The notes under the pieces were generated by a model, which did no database searches, was not told where the DNA came from, and saw only the letters and a list, made by a program, of their open reading frames with translations. The translations under genes and the position numbers were made by a program. 43,764 nt of DNA. Source: Rhodospirillales bacterium (GTDB lineage Bacteria > Pseudomonadota > Alphaproteobacteria > Rhodospirillales > JASLLV01). The DNA lies in contig JASLLV010000002.1 of NCBI GenBank assembly GCA_030746935.1, forward strand, positions 1 through 43,764, given 5' to 3'. Positions 42,102 through 43,764 of this stretch are shown here, one piece after another (within the stretch, counting starts at the first letter, position 1; each line of letters starts with the position of its first letter).

Positions 42102-42924
42102 CTCGCCAGTCGACCAGCCAAGCCGCGAGCGCTTCCGAAAGCCCCCGGGCGCTGTTTTGCGTATGGCGTGCCGCACCTAACGGGCGCGCGCCGTCTTGCG
42201 TGTTGCGCGCAACACCCGACGGGTGCGCGCCGCGGCAGCGCGAAAGCTCCACCCGCCAGCGCGGTGTGTCGACGCCGCCGGAATCGCGCCCGTCCGGGAC
42301 CAAGGGGGAGAATCCGGGGGCGGCGCCGATCCGCCAGCGCGTCACCGCCACACCCGAGGTGGGCGCGCCGTGCGCGGAGCGCAGCACGAACGCGGCGGTC
42401 CCGCCCTTCTCGGCGGCCAGTTGCAGCCGCCGCCGGGCGGTCGTCGAGACGGTCTCGGTCTCGCCCAGCACCGCGGCGAGGGCACCGCTCGCAAGGCCTT
42501 CCTCCATGGCCCACAACACGGCGGCGTCGCTGCCCGTCCGCGCCACCACCAGGCGCTCGGGGCCGAGGCCGAAGCGGGTGAGGCCCGGCCCGTAGAGACC
42601 GGGACCGCGCCGGCACCACAGCACCGGCGCACCCGTCGCGGCAGCGAAGCGTCCCAGAAGCGCGGCTGAGAAACCGGCGGCGGCAGCGTTTCCGCCGTCT
42701 GCGGACGCGCCATCGCCGACCACCTCGTGCAGCGAGGCGCGCGGCAGCCCGCCCCAGGGAAGGGCGTCGTCGATCGCAGCCGTGCCCAGGGGGAGCGCGC
42801 CCGGCCCGCCGTCGGCGGCCAGCGCCACGCCGTCGAGCTTGCGGATGCGGGCGCGCAAGCCTTCGAGCAGGGCCGGATCGGGGCGCCGCATCGGATGCAC
42901 GTGCGCGCCGGGATTTGAAGGCAT
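41995..42924 (-). CDS. imuA: ImuA (RecA/SulA-like SOS mutagenesis protein), unusually long C-terminus
   Basis: LPLGTAAIDDALPWGGLPRASLHEV, VLWCRR, LWAMEEGLASGALAAVLGE, RRLQLAAEKGGTAAFVLR, RWRVELSRCRG. An alternative ATG is at 42891. The ORF runs 107 nt into imuB. Confidence 0.8.
   Translation of the reverse strand: MPSNPGAHVHPMRRPDPALLEGLRARIRKLDGVALAADGGPGALPLGTAAIDDALPWGGLPRASLHEVVGDGASADGGNAAAAGFSAALLGRFAAATGAPVLWCRRGPGLYGPGLTRFGLGPERLVVARTGSDAAVLWAMEEGLASGALAAVLGETETVSTTARRRLQLAAEKGGTAAFVLRSAHGAPTSGVAVTRWRIGAAPGFSPLVPDGRDSGGVDTPRWRVELSRCRGAHPSGVARNTQDGARPLGAARHTQNSARGLSEALAAWLVDWRDEPTGGFTVVAELRGGPIGDSLEPAPTHPRLRHAV
42156..42231. repeat. imperfect in-frame tandem duplication (period 39 nt = 13 codons) inside imuA
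   Basis: 42156-42192 versus 42195-42231 gives 28 of 37 identical positions by hand alignment. The encoded units are GAHPSGVARNTQD and GARPLGAARHTQN. Confidence 0.7.
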
Positions 42925-42962
42925 CTCGGGAACCTCCCTCGGGCCGGATGCTTTTTACAAAA

Positions 42963-42977
42963 GTTCTTGTTCTGTTC
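42963..42977. promoter_or_regulatory. alphaproteobacterial LexA (SOS) box GTTC-N7-GTTC upstream of imuA
   Basis: GTTCTTGTTCTGTTC at 42963-42977, 39 nt upstream of the imuA ATG (42924), in an AT-rich promoter-like stretch. Confidence 0.75.
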
Positions 42978-43146
42978 TACAGCCGATCGCGATGCCCGTC
43001 AACTTGCGCGTTGGCCCCCGCGTCACTCCGCCATTTGCGAAAGCGATACCAAAACACCGGCACCCTGTTGCCGGCGAAACAGGCCGGCGCGAAACACAGG
43101 CACCTGGACCGAAACTTACCGCAACGCAAAAAAGCCCCTCATATTC

Positions 43147-43179
43147 CGGTAAAAACCCCCCGTTCAATTCGGTAAAAAC
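43147..43179. repeat. direct repeat CGGTAAAAAC x2, function unknown
   Basis: Copies at 43147-43156 and 43170-43179 (23-nt period) in the imuA-distal intergenic region. Confidence 0.6.
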
Positions 43180-43422
43180 GGGAATCTATGATCCATATCA
43201 ATGTCAAATGAGGAAGCTTGCAGTACGCAAATAGGAATTGCTACGACCGTGATGCGGTGCAACAAGCAGCTGGGAGCAGGTGTCCAATTGCACATCGTTT
43301 CATCACGCAGCAAAATCGCCCGAAAGGAGTAACGAAACACGGGAGGGTGGAAAATCGGCATCTCGCTTCTGATCGCAATCCCCGCATACGCGGCCAATCC
43401 CGCGACCATCCACTGGTTCGCC

Positions 43423-43453
43423 GTCCTCCGGCGGTGGCCGCCTGATGGAGGAC
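43423..43453 (+). promoter_or_regulatory. hairpin that would sequester the Shine-Dalgarno of the downstream ORF
   Basis: GTCCTCC-GGCGG-TGG-CCGCC-TGAT-GGAGGAC. The 3' arm GGAGGAC (43447-43453) is the SD for ATG 43457. Confidence 0.3.
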
Positions 43454-43456
43454 GAC

Positions 43457-43705
43457 ATGAAGATTTCAGCCAAGACGATTCAGTGGTTGCTGCTTTCGGT
43501 AGCGGCATTCATCTTCTTTGCTGCAAACGCCCCCGCTTTCGCACAGCTCGCTCCGCTCCAAATCCCGTACATCGACGAATGGGTCGCCTCGCCCCATGCA
43601 TGGCACTCGCGCGAGGCGTTTACCCACTGGAACGACGAGGGCGAAATCCCGCCTGGTCTTCCCCCATTGAGTTGGTCCACCGTTAATCCCGGATTTCCCA
43701 GATAG
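43457..43705 (+). CDS. hypothetical exported protein (82 aa), possibly truncated
   Basis: ATG 43457 is preceded by GGAGGA. Signal peptide MKISAKTIQWLLLSVAAFIFFAANAPAFA. No family recognised. The ORF ends where the GC content drops sharply (about 43690). Confidence 0.4.
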   Translation: MKISAKTIQWLLLSVAAFIFFAANAPAFAQLAPLQIPYIDEWVASPHAWHSREAFTHWNDEGEIPPGLPPLSWSTVNPGFPR

Positions 43706-43764
43706 ATTTCAATTTCGCTGACCTTTGACGCTGATTCGTATATAAGAATCAAAGTGTTGAGGAG

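Noticed and set aside
42925-43456. ORFs 43164..43508(-), 42782..43234(+) and others in the intergenic stretch as possible small proteins
   Set aside because: No start-codon context, no recognisable motifs and mutually overlapping frames. I treated the region as non-coding or regulatory.

Overview
High-GC segment (roughly two-thirds G+C by eye, not computed), almost fully coding. Alphaproteobacterial hallmarks: a GTTC-N7-GTTC SOS box, an NDUFS4-like ETC gene and an imuA-imuB-dnaE2 cassette. Long antisense ORFs in the six-frame track are GC artefacts. Left to right: (1) minus-strand nhaD plus a translationally coupled 10-gene Mrp-like membrane complex in E-F-G-splitB-C-D-D-x-D order, with no MrpA; (2) a TPP riboswitch (read directly from the sequence) controlling an NMT1/THI5-type ABC importer; (3) DUF192; (4) carbamate kinase + DUF2877 converging on mini-ORF + DUF1116 + FdrA, with a divergent class-V aminotransferase; (5) tRNA-Pro and tRNA-Arg, each next to a decayed recombinase fragment, a duplicated tRNA-Pro 3' half, an NDUFS4-like gene, and an orphan minus-strand terminator preceded by a CCCUCCCUCC-loop hairpin (candidate anti-SD sRNA); (6) a frameshifted DUF1194 gene and three tandem DMT/EamA paralogs, the third truncated against a truncated, frameshifted SSF symporter; (7) hisI-modABC and metC; (8) NfeD-stomatin-GNAT; (9) nudF, a CysK/CBS-like gene, MST, cyclase and a second MST; (10) a disrupted alpha/beta-hydrolase-OsmC fusion; (11) LexA-boxed imuA-imuB-dnaE2; (12) a lower-GC intergenic stretch and a short exported ORF at the right edge. 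No CRISPR array, intact transposase or intact integrase was seen. The best candidates for something under-described are the NhaD + three-pump Mrp-like complex, the FdrA/DUF1116/DUF2877/carbamate-kinase module with its unlisted 56-codon ORF, the candidate anti-SD sRNA, and the sulfurtransferase/CysK-like/cyclase operon. All family calls come from reading the translations, since no searches could be run.
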